This document shows, piece by piece, positions 1 to 11,873 of a stretch of DNA of 64,000 nucleotides; the first letter of the stretch is position 1, and the number at the start of each line of letters is the position of its first letter. The notes beneath the pieces are model-generated. The model had not been told where the DNA came from and made no database searches. It saw only the letters and a list, made by a program, of their open reading frames with translations. Origin of the DNA: Nitrospirota bacterium (lineage in GTDB: Bacteria > Nitrospirota > UBA9217); contig OY760142.1 in assembly GCA_963663225.1 (NCBI GenBank), forward strand, positions 2,816,001 to 2,880,000, in the 5' to 3' direction. A program made the position numbers and the translations under genes.

Positions 1-273
1 CGCTCGTATCACATCGATTTCGACGAGAATCACCAGCGCGGACATGATCAATATTTTATCTGCAACGGGATCCAGAAGCTTGCCGATTTTTGTTACCTGG
101 CCCCACCTTCTCGCCAGATAACCGTCCAGCCAATCAGTTGCAGAAGCAAACGAAAATACGATGCCTGCAATCAGGGCCCTGAGAGGATCCCGTTCGAGCA
201 TAAGCACGACAAAAACAGGCACCGCAAGGATTCTGCTGAGTGAAAGCAGATTAGGTATATTGAAAATGTTCAT
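1..273 (-). CDS. pgsA: CDP-diacylglycerol--glycerol-3-phosphate 3-phosphatidyltransferase (runs off the window edge; not in the ORF track)
   Basis: Manual translation gives MNIFNIPNLLSLSRILAVP...ATDWLDGYLARRWGQVTKIGKLLDPVADK, the CDP-alcohol phosphotransferase DGxxAR...G..LD..AD motif; ATGA overlap with the lpxL stop. Confidence 0.93.
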   Translation of the reverse strand, partial: MNIFNIPNLLSLSRILAVPVFVVLMLERDPLRALIAGIVFSFASATDWLDGYLARRWGQVTKIGKLLDPVADKILIMSALVILVEIDVIRA

Positions 274-1172
274 GGTTGCCTCCTCCACCTGCGGTGCATC
301 CAAACCCATTGCTCGGGATTGTTCCGTATGCAATTTTCGATCATTTTGGTCAACAGGGCTGTATTGGTCAATATATCAATCTCATCATTTCCGGTCCGGA
401 CGAGGTCAAGAGGACCTTCAATATTGCCGATATGCTTATTGTCTTTCGTACGATACGTATGGCCAAAAACAATCGGCGCGCCAAACTTTATTGCCATAGA
501 GGCTGCGGCAGCAGGCGTCCAGGCTTGCCTGCCCATAAAATCAACGAAAACACCTTCGACATCCGTATCTTGATCTATTAAAACAGCCAGAACACGGTTT
601 TCCTTGAATATCCTGATCAGCTCTCTCGCTGCCCCTGTTCCGCCGCGCACAATAGTTTTCACTCCCATGCGGGCGCGGAGATCCACAATCATGTCATTGA
701 CTTCTTGCGGCCTGATCGGTGCTGCGATCACGCTGAGCGGGAAACCATGAGCCACGCCGGAGTAGGCCATAAGCTCCCAATTGCCGATATGGCCGGTAAC
801 ATAAATCGCCCCTTTCCCCTGTTGAAGCGCAGCACGAGCTGCCTCTTCGCCATGCATCTCAAAAACGTTTTCCAGACGACGAGGGGTTATCAGTGCAATT
901 TCAAATACTGCTTTGCCGAGGTGGATAAAACTGCGTCGCGCCGTACGGACTATCCAGCGCTGTTCTTTTTCAGGAAATGCAGCTGTCAAATGAGCGATTG
1001 TTCGTTTTCTCTCGCGGGGAAGCAGATAATAGGTAAAGAATCCTAGTATCCCTCCCAATCGCACTCCCAGATGGTATGGAACAAACAGGGAGGAGAGCTT
1101 GGCCGCTCTGGAAAACCATATCAGAAATTGGAATTCCGCCCATTTTCGTATCTTAGTGATCCGTTCTTTCAT
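270..1172 (-). CDS. lpxL: Lipid A biosynthesis acyltransferase (LpxL/HtrB family)
   Basis: GHIGNWE acyltransferase motif, LIDQD, C-terminal PEQWVWMHRRWR; start moved to the ATG at 1172, right after the kdsC stop. Confidence 0.85.
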   Translation of the reverse strand: MKERITKIRKWAEFQFLIWFSRAAKLSSLFVPYHLGVRLGGILGFFTYYLLPRERKRTIAHLTAAFPEKEQRWIVRTARRSFIHLGKAVFEIALITPRRLENVFEMHGEEAARAALQQGKGAIYVTGHIGNWELMAYSGVAHGFPLSVIAAPIRPQEVNDMIVDLRARMGVKTIVRGGTGAARELIRIFKENRVLAVLIDQDTDVEGVFVDFMGRQAWTPAAAASMAIKFGAPIVFGHTYRTKDNKHIGNIEGPLDLVRTGNDEIDILTNTALLTKMIENCIRNNPEQWVWMHRRWRRQP

Positions 1173-1173
1173 G

Positions 1174-1689
1174 CTATATGTGCAGCTTATTCTGATTTTT
1201 GAGGAGGAGGTTAATGAATTCACGCACCGCTCCCCTCCCCCCCGAGGTTTTCATGACTACATCGACAAACGGTTGTATGAAGGGATCGGAATCAGAAACC
1301 GTTGCGGCAATGCCGACGCGGCGAAATATGGAAAGGTCGACCACATCATCACCCATATATGCAACTTCGTCGTCCTGCAGATGGTATTTTTCAATGAGGG
1401 ACTCATAAACGCTGATTTTGTCGTGTACGCCTTGATGCACTTCCTGAATGCCAAGCTCTTGTGCGCGGAGGCTTACAACGTTTGATTTTCTGCCTGTAAT
1501 GATTCCAATGGTGATGCCTGCTTTTTGGGCAAGCTTGATGCCGTGGCCATCACGTACATGGAAAGCTTTTAATTCGTTTCCGTGATTGTCCAGAATTATC
1601 CTGCCATCGGTTAAAACGCCGTCAACATCCAGCAGAAGAAGTTTGATCTTCTTTGTTTTTAGTCGAAGGCTTTGTTTTATTTTTGTCAT
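1174..1689 (-). CDS. kdsC: 3-deoxy-D-manno-octulosonate 8-phosphate phosphatase
   Basis: HAD motif LDVDGVLTDG, YMGDDVVD, GGRGAVRE; alternative TTG start at 1710. Confidence 0.93.
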   Translation of the reverse strand: MTKIKQSLRLKTKKIKLLLLDVDGVLTDGRIILDNHGNELKAFHVRDGHGIKLAQKAGITIGIITGRKSNVVSLRAQELGIQEVHQGVHDKISVYESLIEKYHLQDDEVAYMGDDVVDLSIFRRVGIAATVSDSDPFIQPFVDVVMKTSGGRGAVREFINLLLKNQNKLHI

Positions 1690-1735
1690 CAGTTGTTTAT
1701 CTCGCGCCAAAATTTTAAGTCGGCAATCGTTTTAC

Positions 1736-2704
1736 TTAAACTATTCCTGCCTTTAAAAGGTCATGGAGATGGATCACTCCTTCTGGTTTTGCATCGCTGG
1801 CGGCAACAATAAGGCAGGTAATGGAATTTTTTTCCATCATCGATACTGCTTCCGCTGCCAGAGCCCCTTGCTGGATAATCTTGGGGTTCTTCGTCATGAT
1901 GTCTTCAGCTTTTTTTGTCAGCAGGTTTTCCCCTGCTTTTTCGGTTTTCTCCATCCAGCGGCGCAGATCGCCGTCTGAAATTATTCCGACCAGATGTCCT
2001 GATGCATTTACCACTGCTGTAACGCCCATCTTTTTTGACGATATCTCGTAGATTGCATCCTTGATCAGCGTTTTTTCCAAAACCATGGGGACGGCATCTC
2101 CTGTATGCATTAAGTCACGTACTCGAAGGAGCAATCTTTTCCCCAGCGCACCTCCAGGATGAAAACAGGCAAAATCCTCTTCTTTAAAACCGCGTTTTTC
2201 CAGAAGAACGACTGCTAATGCGTCTCCCATGGCAAGTGTTGCCGTCGTGCTTGCCGTTGGTGCGAGACCAAGAGGACAGGCCTCTTCCTTGACGCCGACG
2301 TTGATCACGATATCGCTGTTTTTTGCAAGGGTAGAGTCCGGATTTCCAGTTAATGAGATTATTTTAATGTCGAGCCGTTTGAGTGAAGGCAGCATACGGG
2401 AGATTTCTTCTGTTTCCCCGCTGTTGGACAACGCGATGACGATATCTCCCCGTGTAACCATTCCCAAATCTCCGTGAATACCTTCGGCCGGATGAAGAAA
2501 CAGCGCGGGAGTCCCGGTGGATGCCAGCGTGGCTGAAATTTTCTTGCCGATCAGCCCGGACTTCCCCATTCCGGTCACCACAACGCGGCCCGTGCAGCTG
2601 AGAATCATCTCTACTGCCAGTTCAAACTGTTCATCAACACGTTCTATAAGTGCTGTGACAGCATCAGCTTCTATTTGCAGAACTCTTTTTCCCTGTTCTT
2701 TCAT
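1736..2704 (-). CDS. kdsD: Arabinose-5-phosphate isomerase (KpsF/GutQ, SIS + 2 CBS)
   Basis: GMGKSG, HGDLG, EACPLGLAPTASTT, FHPGGALG. Confidence 0.95.
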   Translation of the reverse strand: MKEQGKRVLQIEADAVTALIERVDEQFELAVEMILSCTGRVVVTGMGKSGLIGKKISATLASTGTPALFLHPAEGIHGDLGMVTRGDIVIALSNSGETEEISRMLPSLKRLDIKIISLTGNPDSTLAKNSDIVINVGVKEEACPLGLAPTASTTATLAMGDALAVVLLEKRGFKEEDFACFHPGGALGKRLLLRVRDLMHTGDAVPMVLEKTLIKDAIYEISSKKMGVTAVVNASGHLVGIISDGDLRRWMEKTEKAGENLLTKKAEDIMTKNPKIIQQGALAAEAVSMMEKNSITCLIVAASDAKPEGVIHLHDLLKAGIV

Positions 2705-3522
2705 TGTTTTATAATCCTGTCTATTTCCTTTACTTGTTTAAGTAATGCTGGCAGTTCACCAAGACCCATCATGTTTGGTCCGTCGCAAAGCGCTTTTTCT
2801 GGACAGGCATGCACTTCCATGAACAGAGCATCAATTCCAACGGCGGCAGCGGCCCTGGTCAGATGCGGAACAAACTTCCGGTCTCCTGATGAAGCACTGC
2901 CGCCTGCACCCGGCAGTTGGACTGAATGGGTGGCGTCAAATACGACGGGAAAACCAAATCCGCGTATTATAGGCAACGCACGCATGTCTGCAACCAGATT
3001 GTTGTAACCGAACGACACGCCCCGTTCCGTAATAAGCACATTCTGGTTTCCGGTAGAAGTCGCTTTTTCAGCTGCATTTTTTATGTCCCACGGGGCCAGA
3101 AACTGCCCTTTTTTAATATTTACCACCCTGCCTGTTTTTGCAACATCGATAACGAAGTCTGTCTGTCTGCAGAGAAAAGCGGGAATTTGGATAATATCCA
3201 ACACTTCCGCTGCCGGACCGATTTCCTCAAAACGATGCACATCCGATAGAAGCGGTATATCGAGCTCTTTCTTTACCCGGGCGAGTATACGAAGGCCCTC
3301 CTGCAAGCCTGGTCCTCGAAATGATTTCACAGAACTTCGATTCGCCTTGTCGAATGATGATTTGAAAATAAATGGAATATCCAGCCCAGCGGTGATTCGT
3401 TTCAGCCGCGATGCAGCCTCCAGGGTTGAATCTTCTGATTCAATCACACAGGGGCCCGCAATCAACACAAACGGATTATTGCCGCCGATCTTGACGTTTT
3501 TTAACTGAATTTCACGCGTCAT
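2701..3522 (-). CDS. kdsA: KDO 8-phosphate synthase
   Basis: [31 protein letters not shown]. Confidence 0.97.
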   Translation of the reverse strand: MTREIQLKNVKIGGNNPFVLIAGPCVIESEDSTLEAASRLKRITAGLDIPFIFKSSFDKANRSSVKSFRGPGLQEGLRILARVKKELDIPLLSDVHRFEEIGPAAEVLDIIQIPAFLCRQTDFVIDVAKTGRVVNIKKGQFLAPWDIKNAAEKATSTGNQNVLITERGVSFGYNNLVADMRALPIIRGFGFPVVFDATHSVQLPGAGGSASSGDRKFVPHLTRAAAAVGIDALFMEVHACPEKALCDGPNMMGLGELPALLKQVKEIDRIIKQ

Positions 3523-5183
3523 GATTTTGCTCTTTTCTCTTTATACGTAAGCGCGGCCGCTATGAACGCGGTAAAAAGTGGATGAGGTCTGCGTGGAGTT
3601 GATTTAAATTCAGGATGGAACTGGCATCCTAAAAACCAAGGATGATCCTTGAGCTCCGTGATTTCAACCAGGTCTCCGTCCGGTGATGTTCCACTGATTA
3701 TCAGTCCCGCTTGCTTCAGCGCATCGAGGTATTTGTTGTTAAATTCATACCGATGACGATGGCGTTCCGATATTTCGTCTTTTCCGTACGCCTGATACGC
3801 AAAAGTATTCTTTTCGATTCTGCAAGGATATGCGCCTAAACGCATGCTTCCACCCTTGTCACTCGTCATGTCTCTTTTTTGAATCGTTTGGGTTCGGTAA
3901 TCGTACCACTGCTCAATCAGATAAATGACCGGATGCGGAGTTTTCTGATTGAACTCTTCACTGTTGGCATATTCAAGGTGTGCGAGATTTCGTGCAATTT
4001 CTATAACAGCGCACTGCATACCAAGACAGATGCCGAAGTATGGTACCTTGTTTTCCCTGGCGTATCTGACCGTGCTTATTTTTCCCTCAACGCCTCTGAT
4101 GCCAAACCCTCCCGGGACGAGAATGCCGTCCATACCCCGAAGCATTTCCTGCACTCCTTTGGTTTCGATATCTTCTGAGTCCGTCCAGCAGATGTTTATT
4201 TCCGCGTCATTGGCAATCCCGCCGTGCGTCAAGGCTTCACAAAGACTCTTGTAGGCTTCTTTCAGGTCCACATATTTCCCCACTAAGGCTATGTTGACTT
4301 GTTTTGAGGGATGCTTTATGCGTTCGACGATTGTTTCCCAAACTTTTAAATCGTTGTTTTTTGATGTTCTAATGTTCAGCACTTCAATAATACGTTCGTC
4401 GATTTTTTCTTCATGAAATGAAAGCGGCAGCTCATAAATTGTTTCAACATCCTGCGCAGTGATGACGGCATTTTCATCCACGTTGCAGAAAAGGGCAATT
4501 TTCCGTTTCATATCAGTAGGAATGGGACGATCACTCCTGCACACAAGAATATTCGGCTGAATCCCGATGGAAAGAAGTTCTTTGACGCTGTGCTGGGTCG
4601 GTTTTGTCTTCAGCTCTCCTGCCGCTTTGATGAAAGGGACCAGGGTAAGGTGGATATAGAGGACGTTCTCTCTCCCTAGACTGTATCGAAGCTGCCGGAT
4701 CGCTTCGAGAAACGGGAGGCTTTCTATATCGCCGATGGTGCCGCCGATCTCCACGATAACGACATCTTCGTCGTCAGCAAGGTCCGTGATTGCACGCTTA
4801 ATCTCATCGGTAATGTGCGGCACCACCTGGACCGTCCCTCCAAGGTAGTCGCCCCGCCTTTCCTTCGTGATCACATTATAGTAAATTCTGCCTGATGTAT
4901 AATTGTTTTTTTGCCCTGTCGTAACATTGGTATAGCGTTCATAATGCCCAAGATCCAGATCGGTCTCTGCCCCGTCGTCGGTCACATACACTTCTCCATG
5001 CTGAAACGGGCTCATCGTGCCCGGATCGACATTGATGTACGGATCAAGCTTCAGAAAAGTGACCTTGAGTCCGCGGGCCTCAAGAAGGGCCCCGATGGAG
5101 GCCGCAGCAAGGCCTTTCCCCAGGGAGGAAACCACACCACCAGTTACAAAAATGTATTTTGTCGCGGTTGTTTTCTTGTCCAT
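3519..5183 (-). CDS. pyrG: CTP synthase
   Basis: [32 protein letters not shown]; likely ATG start at 5183. Confidence 0.98.
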   Translation of the reverse strand: MDKKTTATKYIFVTGGVVSSLGKGLAAASIGALLEARGLKVTFLKLDPYINVDPGTMSPFQHGEVYVTDDGAETDLDLGHYERYTNVTTGQKNNYTSGRIYYNVITKERRGDYLGGTVQVVPHITDEIKRAITDLADDEDVVIVEIGGTIGDIESLPFLEAIRQLRYSLGRENVLYIHLTLVPFIKAAGELKTKPTQHSVKELLSIGIQPNILVCRSDRPIPTDMKRKIALFCNVDENAVITAQDVETIYELPLSFHEEKIDERIIEVLNIRTSKNNDLKVWETIVERIKHPSKQVNIALVGKYVDLKEAYKSLCEALTHGGIANDAEINICWTDSEDIETKGVQEMLRGMDGILVPGGFGIRGVEGKISTVRYARENKVPYFGICLGMQCAVIEIARNLAHLEYANSEEFNQKTPHPVIYLIEQWYDYRTQTIQKRDMTSDKGGSMRLGAYPCRIEKNTFAYQAYGKDEISERHRHRYEFNNKYLDALKQAGLIISGTSPDGDLVEITELKDHPWFLGCQFHPEFKSTPRRPHPLFTAFIAAALTYKEKRAKS

Positions 5184-5190
5184 GATACAC

Positions 5191-5964
5191 TCAGCTTTCT
5201 TCAAGATGCTTCAGTATTTTACTCAAATCACCGGGGATGTCAACCCCGAAGGAATCGTACTGGGTAACCACAGTCTTTATTTTATGACCATACTCGAGCG
5301 CACGCAGCTGTTCGAGCTTCTCCGTGGTTTCAAGCACCGTCTGGGGCATGCGGGCATATTGTAAAAGAAAATCCTTGCGATAAACGTACAAACCGATATG
5401 CTTATAAAGCGGTTTTGTTACCGTCAGCTCATTCCAGGAGCTTTTTCCCGCCCATCCGTCCCGGTCCCAGGGAATGGGCGCCCGCGAGAAATACAGTGCG
5501 AATCCTTGTTTATCAAAGACCACCTTGACAACATTAGGATCAAACGCTTCTTCATGCAACAGTATTTTTTTGCAGAGCGTGCTCATAGGGATCGTGTGGT
5601 CGTCAAGGAGCGGCTGAATTGCCTGATCGATCATTTCCGGCTGGATCAGCGGTTCATCTCCTTGCACATTAACTATGATATCGCATCTGTATTTGCCTGC
5701 TACCTCGGCAATCCGGTCCGTCCCGGTAGTATGGTCCGGCGAAGTCATCATTGCCTCGCCTCCAAAGGACGATACAACCTGCTGAATGCGTTCATCATCG
5801 GTTGCAACAAGAACCGTACTGACCAACTTTGAACGTTTTGTACGTTCATACACCCATTGGATCATCGGTTTGTCCTTGATCATGGCAAGTGACTTCCCGG
5901 GAAAACGGGTAGATCCATATCGTGCCGGTATGACGGCCACTATTGCAGCATCCATGTTTTTCAT
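5191..5964 (-). CDS. kdsB: 3-deoxy-manno-octulosonate cytidylyltransferase
   Basis: [36 protein letters not shown]. Confidence 0.97.
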   Translation of the reverse strand: MKNMDAAIVAVIPARYGSTRFPGKSLAMIKDKPMIQWVYERTKRSKLVSTVLVATDDERIQQVVSSFGGEAMMTSPDHTTGTDRIAEVAGKYRCDIIVNVQGDEPLIQPEMIDQAIQPLLDDHTIPMSTLCKKILLHEEAFDPNVVKVVFDKQGFALYFSRAPIPWDRDGWAGKSSWNELTVTKPLYKHIGLYVYRKDFLLQYARMPQTVLETTEKLEQLRALEYGHKIKTVVTQYDSFGVDIPGDLSKILKHLEES

Positions 5965-6908
5965 GAGCTGGCGCCCTGCGCGCTAATTTCCTGTTTAAAA
6001 AAATTGATTGTTTTTTGAATGCCTTCGTCAACGGAAACTTTTGGTTTCCACCCAAGTTTGTTCCAGGCGAGCGTGATATCGGGCCTCCGCTGCGCCGGAT
6101 CATCTGGAGGAAGAGGATTATGAGTGATTTTTGATTTTGAACCGGTCATGGCGATGATTTTTTTTGCCAGATCCAAGATGGTATATTCCTCCGGATTGCC
6201 GATGTTTACCGGGCCGGTGAAATTCTCGCTGTCCATCATTGTTATCATTCCATCTATGAGATCGTCCACATAGCAGAAAGACCGGGTCTGGGCACCCTGG
6301 CCATATACTGTTATATTTTCACCCCGCAGCGCCTGAACGATAAAGTTGCTCACTACGCGGCCGTCATTCATCAGCATGCGCGGACCGTAGGTATTGAAAA
6401 TACGGATGATCTTAACATCCACGCCGTTCTGCCGGTGATAGTCCATCATCAAGGTTTCCGCCACGCGCTTGCCTTCGTCATAGCAGCTTCTGATTCCAAT
6501 GGGGTTCACATTGCCCCAGTATTCTTCTTTTTGAGGATGCATCGCCGGATCACCGTACACTTCTGAGGTGGACGCAAAAAGGATCCTGGCTTTTACCCGC
6601 TTGGCGATTCCAAGCATGTTTATGGAGCCTAAAATGTTGGTTTTAATAGTTTTTACGGGATTATATTGATAGTGAATGGGCGAAGCCGGACAGGCCAGAT
6701 GATAGATTCTGTCGACTTCCAGCAGGATCGGCTGCGTTACATCATGACGTATAAGTTCGAAGCCGAGATTTCCGATCAGATGCTGGACATTTTTTTTCCT
6801 TCCGGTAAAAAAATTATCGAGACAGAGTACTTCATGGCCTTTTGAAAGCAGACGTTCACAGAGATGTGATCCCAGAAAGCCTGCTCCGCCGGTAACCAGT
6901 ATTCGCAT
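5961..6908 (-). CDS. uxs: UDP-glucuronate decarboxylase (UDP-xylose synthase-like extended SDR)
   Basis: [32 protein letters not shown]. Confidence 0.88.
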   Translation of the reverse strand: MRILVTGGAGFLGSHLCERLLSKGHEVLCLDNFFTGRKKNVQHLIGNLGFELIRHDVTQPILLEVDRIYHLACPASPIHYQYNPVKTIKTNILGSINMLGIAKRVKARILFASTSEVYGDPAMHPQKEEYWGNVNPIGIRSCYDEGKRVAETLMMDYHRQNGVDVKIIRIFNTYGPRMLMNDGRVVSNFIVQALRGENITVYGQGAQTRSFCYVDDLIDGMITMMDSENFTGPVNIGNPEEYTILDLAKKIIAMTGSKSKITHNPLPPDDPAQRRPDITLAWNKLGWKPKVSVDEGIQKTINFFKQEISAQGASS

Positions 6909-7007
6909 GTACTTCTCCTTTTAGGCATCATAAAAGCTGCTTTGCTCAGAAGTCACTTCTGGAATGATCAATATAATTGCGCTATCCAAGCAGCGTGATT
7001 ACCGTGC

Positions 7008-8342
7008 TTAATTTCTTCCAATTCCATAATACGTAAATCCAAGTTTGCGGAGGTCCTCTCGGTTATAGATATTCCTGCCGTCGAAAATAACCGGTTTATT
7101 CATCATACTCTTTATTTTATTAAAGTCGGGAGTGCGGAATTCATTCCATTCAGTCACGACTGCAAGCGCACTGGCCCCGCGGAGCGCATCATAACCGTCT
7201 TCCATGTAATTTATTCTTCGTCCGAATACCTTGCGCGCTTCCTCCATGGCGACAGGATCGTGAACGTTGATTACAGCACCGGCACGGAGAAGGCTGTTAA
7301 TAATTACGACGGACGGCGCTTCACGCATATCATCGGTCCGCGGCTTGAAAGAAAGCCCCCATAATGCAATCGTTTCGCCTGCGAGGGATCTTTTTCGTGC
7401 GGCACCTTTTTTCCTGCTTTTTTCTGCAAAATGGCGAAGAACCATTTGGGCAAGAAGCAATTTTTGCCGTTCATTCACAGCCTCGACGGCTTTTAAGACT
7501 TTTGCATCTACCTTGTGTTCCTGGGCGGTCTGTACAAGAGCCTTTACATCTTTCGGGAAACAGGACCCGCCGTACCCCACCCCAGGAAAAAGAAATTCAA
7601 AACCGATGCGCCGGTCGTATCCCATGCCCTTCCGTACATTATCGATATCAGCTCCCAGACTCGCGCAAATGACCGCCATTTCATTGATAAATGATATTTT
7701 CGTGGCCAGCATTGCATTCGAAGCGTATTTGCTCATTTCAGAGCTTCTGATGTCCATGACTAAAACAGGCTTTCCCGTGCGTACAAACGGTGCATACAAT
7801 TCCTGCATCAATGCAGCGGCTTTGGGGCTGTCAGTGCCGACTACGATACGATCGGGCTTCATGAAATCATCGATGGCGGCCCCTTCTTTCAGGAACTCAG
7901 GGTTTGATACTATGTCGAATTTGAATCTGGTCTTTGATTTCACCGCAGCTCTTACTTTGTCTGCCGTACCGACAGGAACTGTGCTTTTGTTAACGATTAC
8001 TTTATAGCCATTCATATTCTTACCGATCTCTTTAGCAGCAGCAATCACATATTTGAGGTCGGCAGAACCATCTTCGCCGGGAGGCGTGCCTACGGCAATG
8101 AAAATAATATCTGATTGTTTTACGGTTTTGGACATGTCTGTCGTAAAACTCAACCGCTCGTGGTCCATGTTGTGTTTGATAAGCTCTTCCAGGCCTGGTT
8201 CGTAAATAGGCACCAAGCCTGAATTCAGCATGTGAATTTTTCTTTCATCAATGTCCATACAAATAACATCGTTGCCGCTCTCTGCCAGACAGGTTCCTGT
8301 AACAAGTCCGACATATCCGGTTCCTATTACCGCGATCTTCAT
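7008..8342 (-). CDS. ugd: UDP-glucose 6-dehydrogenase
   Basis: GTGYVG, NPEFLKEG, GYGGSCFPKD, FKPRTDDMRE. Confidence 0.93.
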   Translation of the reverse strand: MKIAVIGTGYVGLVTGTCLAESGNDVICMDIDERKIHMLNSGLVPIYEPGLEELIKHNMDHERLSFTTDMSKTVKQSDIIFIAVGTPPGEDGSADLKYVIAAAKEIGKNMNGYKVIVNKSTVPVGTADKVRAAVKSKTRFKFDIVSNPEFLKEGAAIDDFMKPDRIVVGTDSPKAAALMQELYAPFVRTGKPVLVMDIRSSEMSKYASNAMLATKISFINEMAVICASLGADIDNVRKGMGYDRRIGFEFLFPGVGYGGSCFPKDVKALVQTAQEHKVDAKVLKAVEAVNERQKLLLAQMVLRHFAEKSRKKGAARKRSLAGETIALWGLSFKPRTDDMREAPSVVIINSLLRAGAVINVHDPVAMEEARKVFGRRINYMEDGYDALRGASALAVVTEWNEFRTPDFNKIKSMMNKPVIFDGRNIYNREDLRKLGFTYYGIGRN

Positions 8343-8354
8343 ATCTCTCCTCGT

Positions 8355-9488
8355 TTATTGTTTTCTTGAAGTATAATTTTTTTCGATCCAGGTGACATAA
8401 TCACCACTTCTAATGCTGTTAATCCAGTGTGCGTTGTTCAAAAACCATCCGATTGTGAACTGAATTCCTTCCTCGAACGTATGGCGTTGTTTCCATTCCA
8501 GCTCTTTTTTAATTTTATCGCAGTTAATGGCATATCTCCGGTCATGTCCGAGCCGATCACTGACAAAGGTTATCAGGTCCTGATACCGGGAAACATTTTG
8601 TGTGCGCGGATTTTTTTTTACCGGACAACGCTCTTCAAGAATATCGCAGACTATTTTCACAATCTCAATATTCTGTTTTTCGCATTCGCCTCCGACATTG
8701 TAGGTTTCACCCGGTTTACCGCCCGCAAGGATCAGCCATATGGCGCTGCAATGGTCTTCGACAAAAAGCCAGTCGCGGACGTTTTTCCCGTCGCCGTAAA
8801 CCGGCAGCGGTTTCCCTTCCATTGCATTCAGAATCATGAGAGGAATGAGCTTTTCCGGGAAATGATACGGTCCATAATTATTTGAGCAGTTGGAAATTGT
8901 AACCGGAAGATTATAGGTATGATAATATGCTCTGACCAGGTGGTCCGAAGCGGCCTTGGATGCAGAATAAGGGCTTCGGGGGTCGTAGGGGGTCGTCTCA
9001 TAAAAGTAGCCGGTGGCAGGAAGAGAACCATATACTTCATCCGTACTGATATGATGAAAGCGCACATCGGTTCTGCCGTTCCATTGCTGCCGTACCGCTT
9101 CCAGCAGGTTGAAGGTCCCTCCGATATTCGTTTCTACAAAATCCTTTGGACCGAATATGGAACGATCTACATGGCTTTCCGCCGCAAAGTGCACGACAAC
9201 GGTAATGTCGTATGTAGTCAGCATCCGAGTGACTTTTTCGTAGTCGCAGATGTCGCCCCGTTCGAAGAAATACCTTTTCCCGCCGAATTTCTCGTTGATG
9301 TCGGTCAAGTTAAGAAGATTTCCGGCATAGGTCAGCTTGTCGTAATTGATGATCCTGCCTTCAAAATTTGTTTTTTCCAGAACGTACCTGATGAAATTTG
9401 ATCCGATAAAACCTGCACCGCCGGTCACAAGAATATTTGAAGATTTCAAAACAGGTCCACTGGACTCTGATGCCTGACTGCTGTTCAT
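8355..9488 (-). CDS. rfbB: dTDP-glucose 4,6-dehydratase
   Basis: [33 protein letters not shown]. Confidence 0.96.
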   Translation of the reverse strand: MNSSQASESSGPVLKSSNILVTGGAGFIGSNFIRYVLEKTNFEGRIINYDKLTYAGNLLNLTDINEKFGGKRYFFERGDICDYEKVTRMLTTYDITVVVHFAAESHVDRSIFGPKDFVETNIGGTFNLLEAVRQQWNGRTDVRFHHISTDEVYGSLPATGYFYETTPYDPRSPYSASKAASDHLVRAYYHTYNLPVTISNCSNNYGPYHFPEKLIPLMILNAMEGKPLPVYGDGKNVRDWLFVEDHCSAIWLILAGGKPGETYNVGGECEKQNIEIVKIVCDILEERCPVKKNPRTQNVSRYQDLITFVSDRLGHDRRYAINCDKIKKELEWKQRHTFEEGIQFTIGWFLNNAHWINSIRSGDYVTWIEKNYTSRKQ

Positions 9489-9528
9489 GGATTCCCCTTC
9501 GCCGTATGTGTGATGATTATTGCAGGCA

Positions 9529-10371
9529 TTACGTTTTACATAGAAACGATCTGACTGCCTCTTCCCATTCCGGAATAGTAATATTCAGGAGTCCTGCAAT
9601 TTTTTTATTACTCATGGCGGAAAACAAAGGACGCTGTGCCGGAAGATGAAACATCTCCCTGGTTACCGGTTTGATGAACATGCTGATTCCGAGATTGTCC
9701 AGAATCGTTTTCGCCCACTCATATCGTGAGCAGTAGCCCGTGTTTGTCAGATGATAGATTCCGGTCATTCCGTTTTCAAGCGCTTTTAACGTGACATCGA
9801 CCACGGTTTCCGTGGAGGTCGGCACTGAGAACTCATCACAGGTGATTTTTAAATATGCGCTGGTTTTCGACCATTCCCTGACTTTGTGTACGAAATTTTG
9901 CGTTCCCTGTCCAAAAACCCAACTTAACCTCAGGACCAGGCTACGATCGAGCTCTTCCTGAACATACTGTTCTCCTGCGAGTTTACTTTTCCCATAGGTA
10001 TTTACCGGATTTACCGGATCGCTTTCAATGTACAGGCCGTTTTCTTTTGTGCCGTCGAAAACGTAGTCGGAGCTGAAATGCACCAGCATCGCTTTTCCTT
10101 TGGCGGCAGCACGAGCAAGATTTCGGGGACCGATCGCGTTTATCGAGAATGCCGCATCCTGCTCCTGCTCAGCCTTGTCCACCAAATTATACGCGGCGCA
10201 GTTGATGATAACATCCGGTTTATAGGAATCAATCGCTTCGGCAACGCAACCGATGTCCGTAATGTTGAGCAGCGACTCTTCAGGTGCGTTGAAGTCGAGA
10301 GAGCGTTCTTGAAATTCTTTGATAAATGTGCGGCCAAGCTGGCCGTTGCTGCCTGTGATAAGATATTTCAT
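9529..10371 (-). CDS. rfbD: dTDP-4-dehydrorhamnose reductase
   Basis: [24 protein letters not shown]. Confidence 0.94.
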   Translation of the reverse strand: MKYLITGSNGQLGRTFIKEFQERSLDFNAPEESLLNITDIGCVAEAIDSYKPDVIINCAAYNLVDKAEQEQDAAFSINAIGPRNLARAAAKGKAMLVHFSSDYVFDGTKENGLYIESDPVNPVNTYGKSKLAGEQYVQEELDRSLVLRLSWVFGQGTQNFVHKVREWSKTSAYLKITCDEFSVPTSTETVVDVTLKALENGMTGIYHLTNTGYCSRYEWAKTILDNLGISMFIKPVTREMFHLPAQRPLFSAMSNKKIAGLLNITIPEWEEAVRSFLCKT

Positions 10372-10934
10372 GCCGGTTTTGAAAAAATAAAATCGTTGTC
10401 TGCGGACCGAAGTGGCGGATTAATCCTGTCTTTTTCCGACAGGATTGGATCCGAAAGCGGCCATGCGACATTTACATTCTTGTCGTTCCAAATAATTCCC
10501 CGCTCATCTCTGGGAGAATATTCATCTGTACATTTATACATCACTTCAGCGGTTTCGCTCAAAACCTGAAAACCGTGTGCAAAACCGGGGGGAACGTATA
10601 ACATCTGCCTATTTTGTTCTGACAACTCGGCTGCGACCCACTTTCCAAAACAGGGTGATCCCTTGCGGATATCGACGGCAACATCGAAAATTCTGCCTTT
10701 GAGGCAAAGTACCAGTTTTCCCTGTGTTTTCGGACTTTTTTGATAGTGCAGGCCCCGCAGCACACCGCAGGCGGATTTTGAATAGTTGTCCTGCACCAGA
10801 TGCTCCTGAATACCGGCTTGCACGAAATCGGAATGTTTGTACAATTCAAGAAAAAAACCGCGGTCATCACCAAAGATCCGTGGCTGTATCAGGATGACTT
10901 CAGGAATTTCCAGGAGCCTGAATTCAAAGGGCAT
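10368..10934 (-). CDS. rfbC: dTDP-4-dehydrorhamnose 3,5-epimerase
   Basis: [23 protein letters not shown]; likely start MPFEF at 10934. Confidence 0.95.
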   Translation of the reverse strand: MPFEFRLLEIPEVILIQPRIFGDDRGFFLELYKHSDFVQAGIQEHLVQDNYSKSACGVLRGLHYQKSPKTQGKLVLCLKGRIFDVAVDIRKGSPCFGKWVAAELSEQNRQMLYVPPGFAHGFQVLSETAEVMYKCTDEYSPRDERGIIWNDKNVNVAWPLSDPILSEKDRINPPLRSADNDFIFSKPA

Positions 10935-11817
10935 TCGGAACCTCTTGTTCTGCAACCATCTTCAGGTAATCACCGTATGCATTTTTTTTATGCTCGTCGG
11001 CCGCCTTGAGCAGTTTCTGCTTGTCAATATAGTTCAGCTTATACGCGATTTCTTCTATACAAGCCAGTTTCAGCCCCTGTCTTTTTTCGATTGTTGCGAT
11101 AAACTCCCCTGCTTCGAGCAGGCTCTCATGGGTCCCGGTATCAAGCCATGCGTATCCCCGGCCCATAAGCTCGACGCGGAGTTTTTTCCTCTCAAGATAA
11201 ACTTTATTTACATCGGTAATTTCCAGTTCACCGCGGGCGGAAGGCTTGATGTTTTTCGCAATACGAACGACCTCGTTGTCGTAAAAATAGAGGCCCGTCA
11301 CCGCGTATTTTGATTTTGGTTGTTGTGGCTTTTCTTCGATGGACAGTGCATTTCCTGCTTTATCAAACTCGACAATACCATATCGTTCAGGATCGTTCAC
11401 AAAATACCCGAATACGCTCGCCCCTCCCTGTGCGGTTACATCGGTTACGGCTTTTTTGAGCAGGTTTGTCAACCCATGGCCGAAGAAAATATTATCACCC
11501 AATACCAGAGAAACCGTATCCTGTCCGATAAAATCATCGCCAATGATGAACGCCTCCGCAAGGCCATTAGGCTGTGGTTGTTCTTTATAAAAAAAACGCA
11601 GTCCCAGATCCGTGCCGTTGCCGAAAATGTCTTTGAATCTGGGCAGGTCGGCCGGTGTGGAAATTATGAGGATGTCCCTGATGCCTGCCAGCATAAGGAC
11701 TGAAAGAGGATAGTAAATCATCGGTTTGTCATAAATCGGGAGGAGTTGCTTGCATACACTTCTCGTAATAGGATAAAGCCGGGTCCCGCTGCCGCCGGCC
11801 AGAATAATGCCTTTCAT
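10924..11817 (-). CDS. rfbA: Glucose-1-phosphate thymidylyltransferase
   Basis: [37 protein letters not shown]. Confidence 0.97.
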   Translation of the reverse strand: MKGIILAGGSGTRLYPITRSVCKQLLPIYDKPMIYYPLSVLMLAGIRDILIISTPADLPRFKDIFGNGTDLGLRFFYKEQPQPNGLAEAFIIGDDFIGQDTVSLVLGDNIFFGHGLTNLLKKAVTDVTAQGGASVFGYFVNDPERYGIVEFDKAGNALSIEEKPQQPKSKYAVTGLYFYDNEVVRIAKNIKPSARGELEITDVNKVYLERKKLRVELMGRGYAWLDTGTHESLLEAGEFIATIEKRQGLKLACIEEIAYKLNYIDKQKLLKAADEHKKNAYGDYLKMVAEQEVPNAL

Positions 11818-11873
11818 ACTGTTGCTCCTCTAGAAAAATTTGCATGCCTGTTGGAGGCTGTTTATAAAATCAA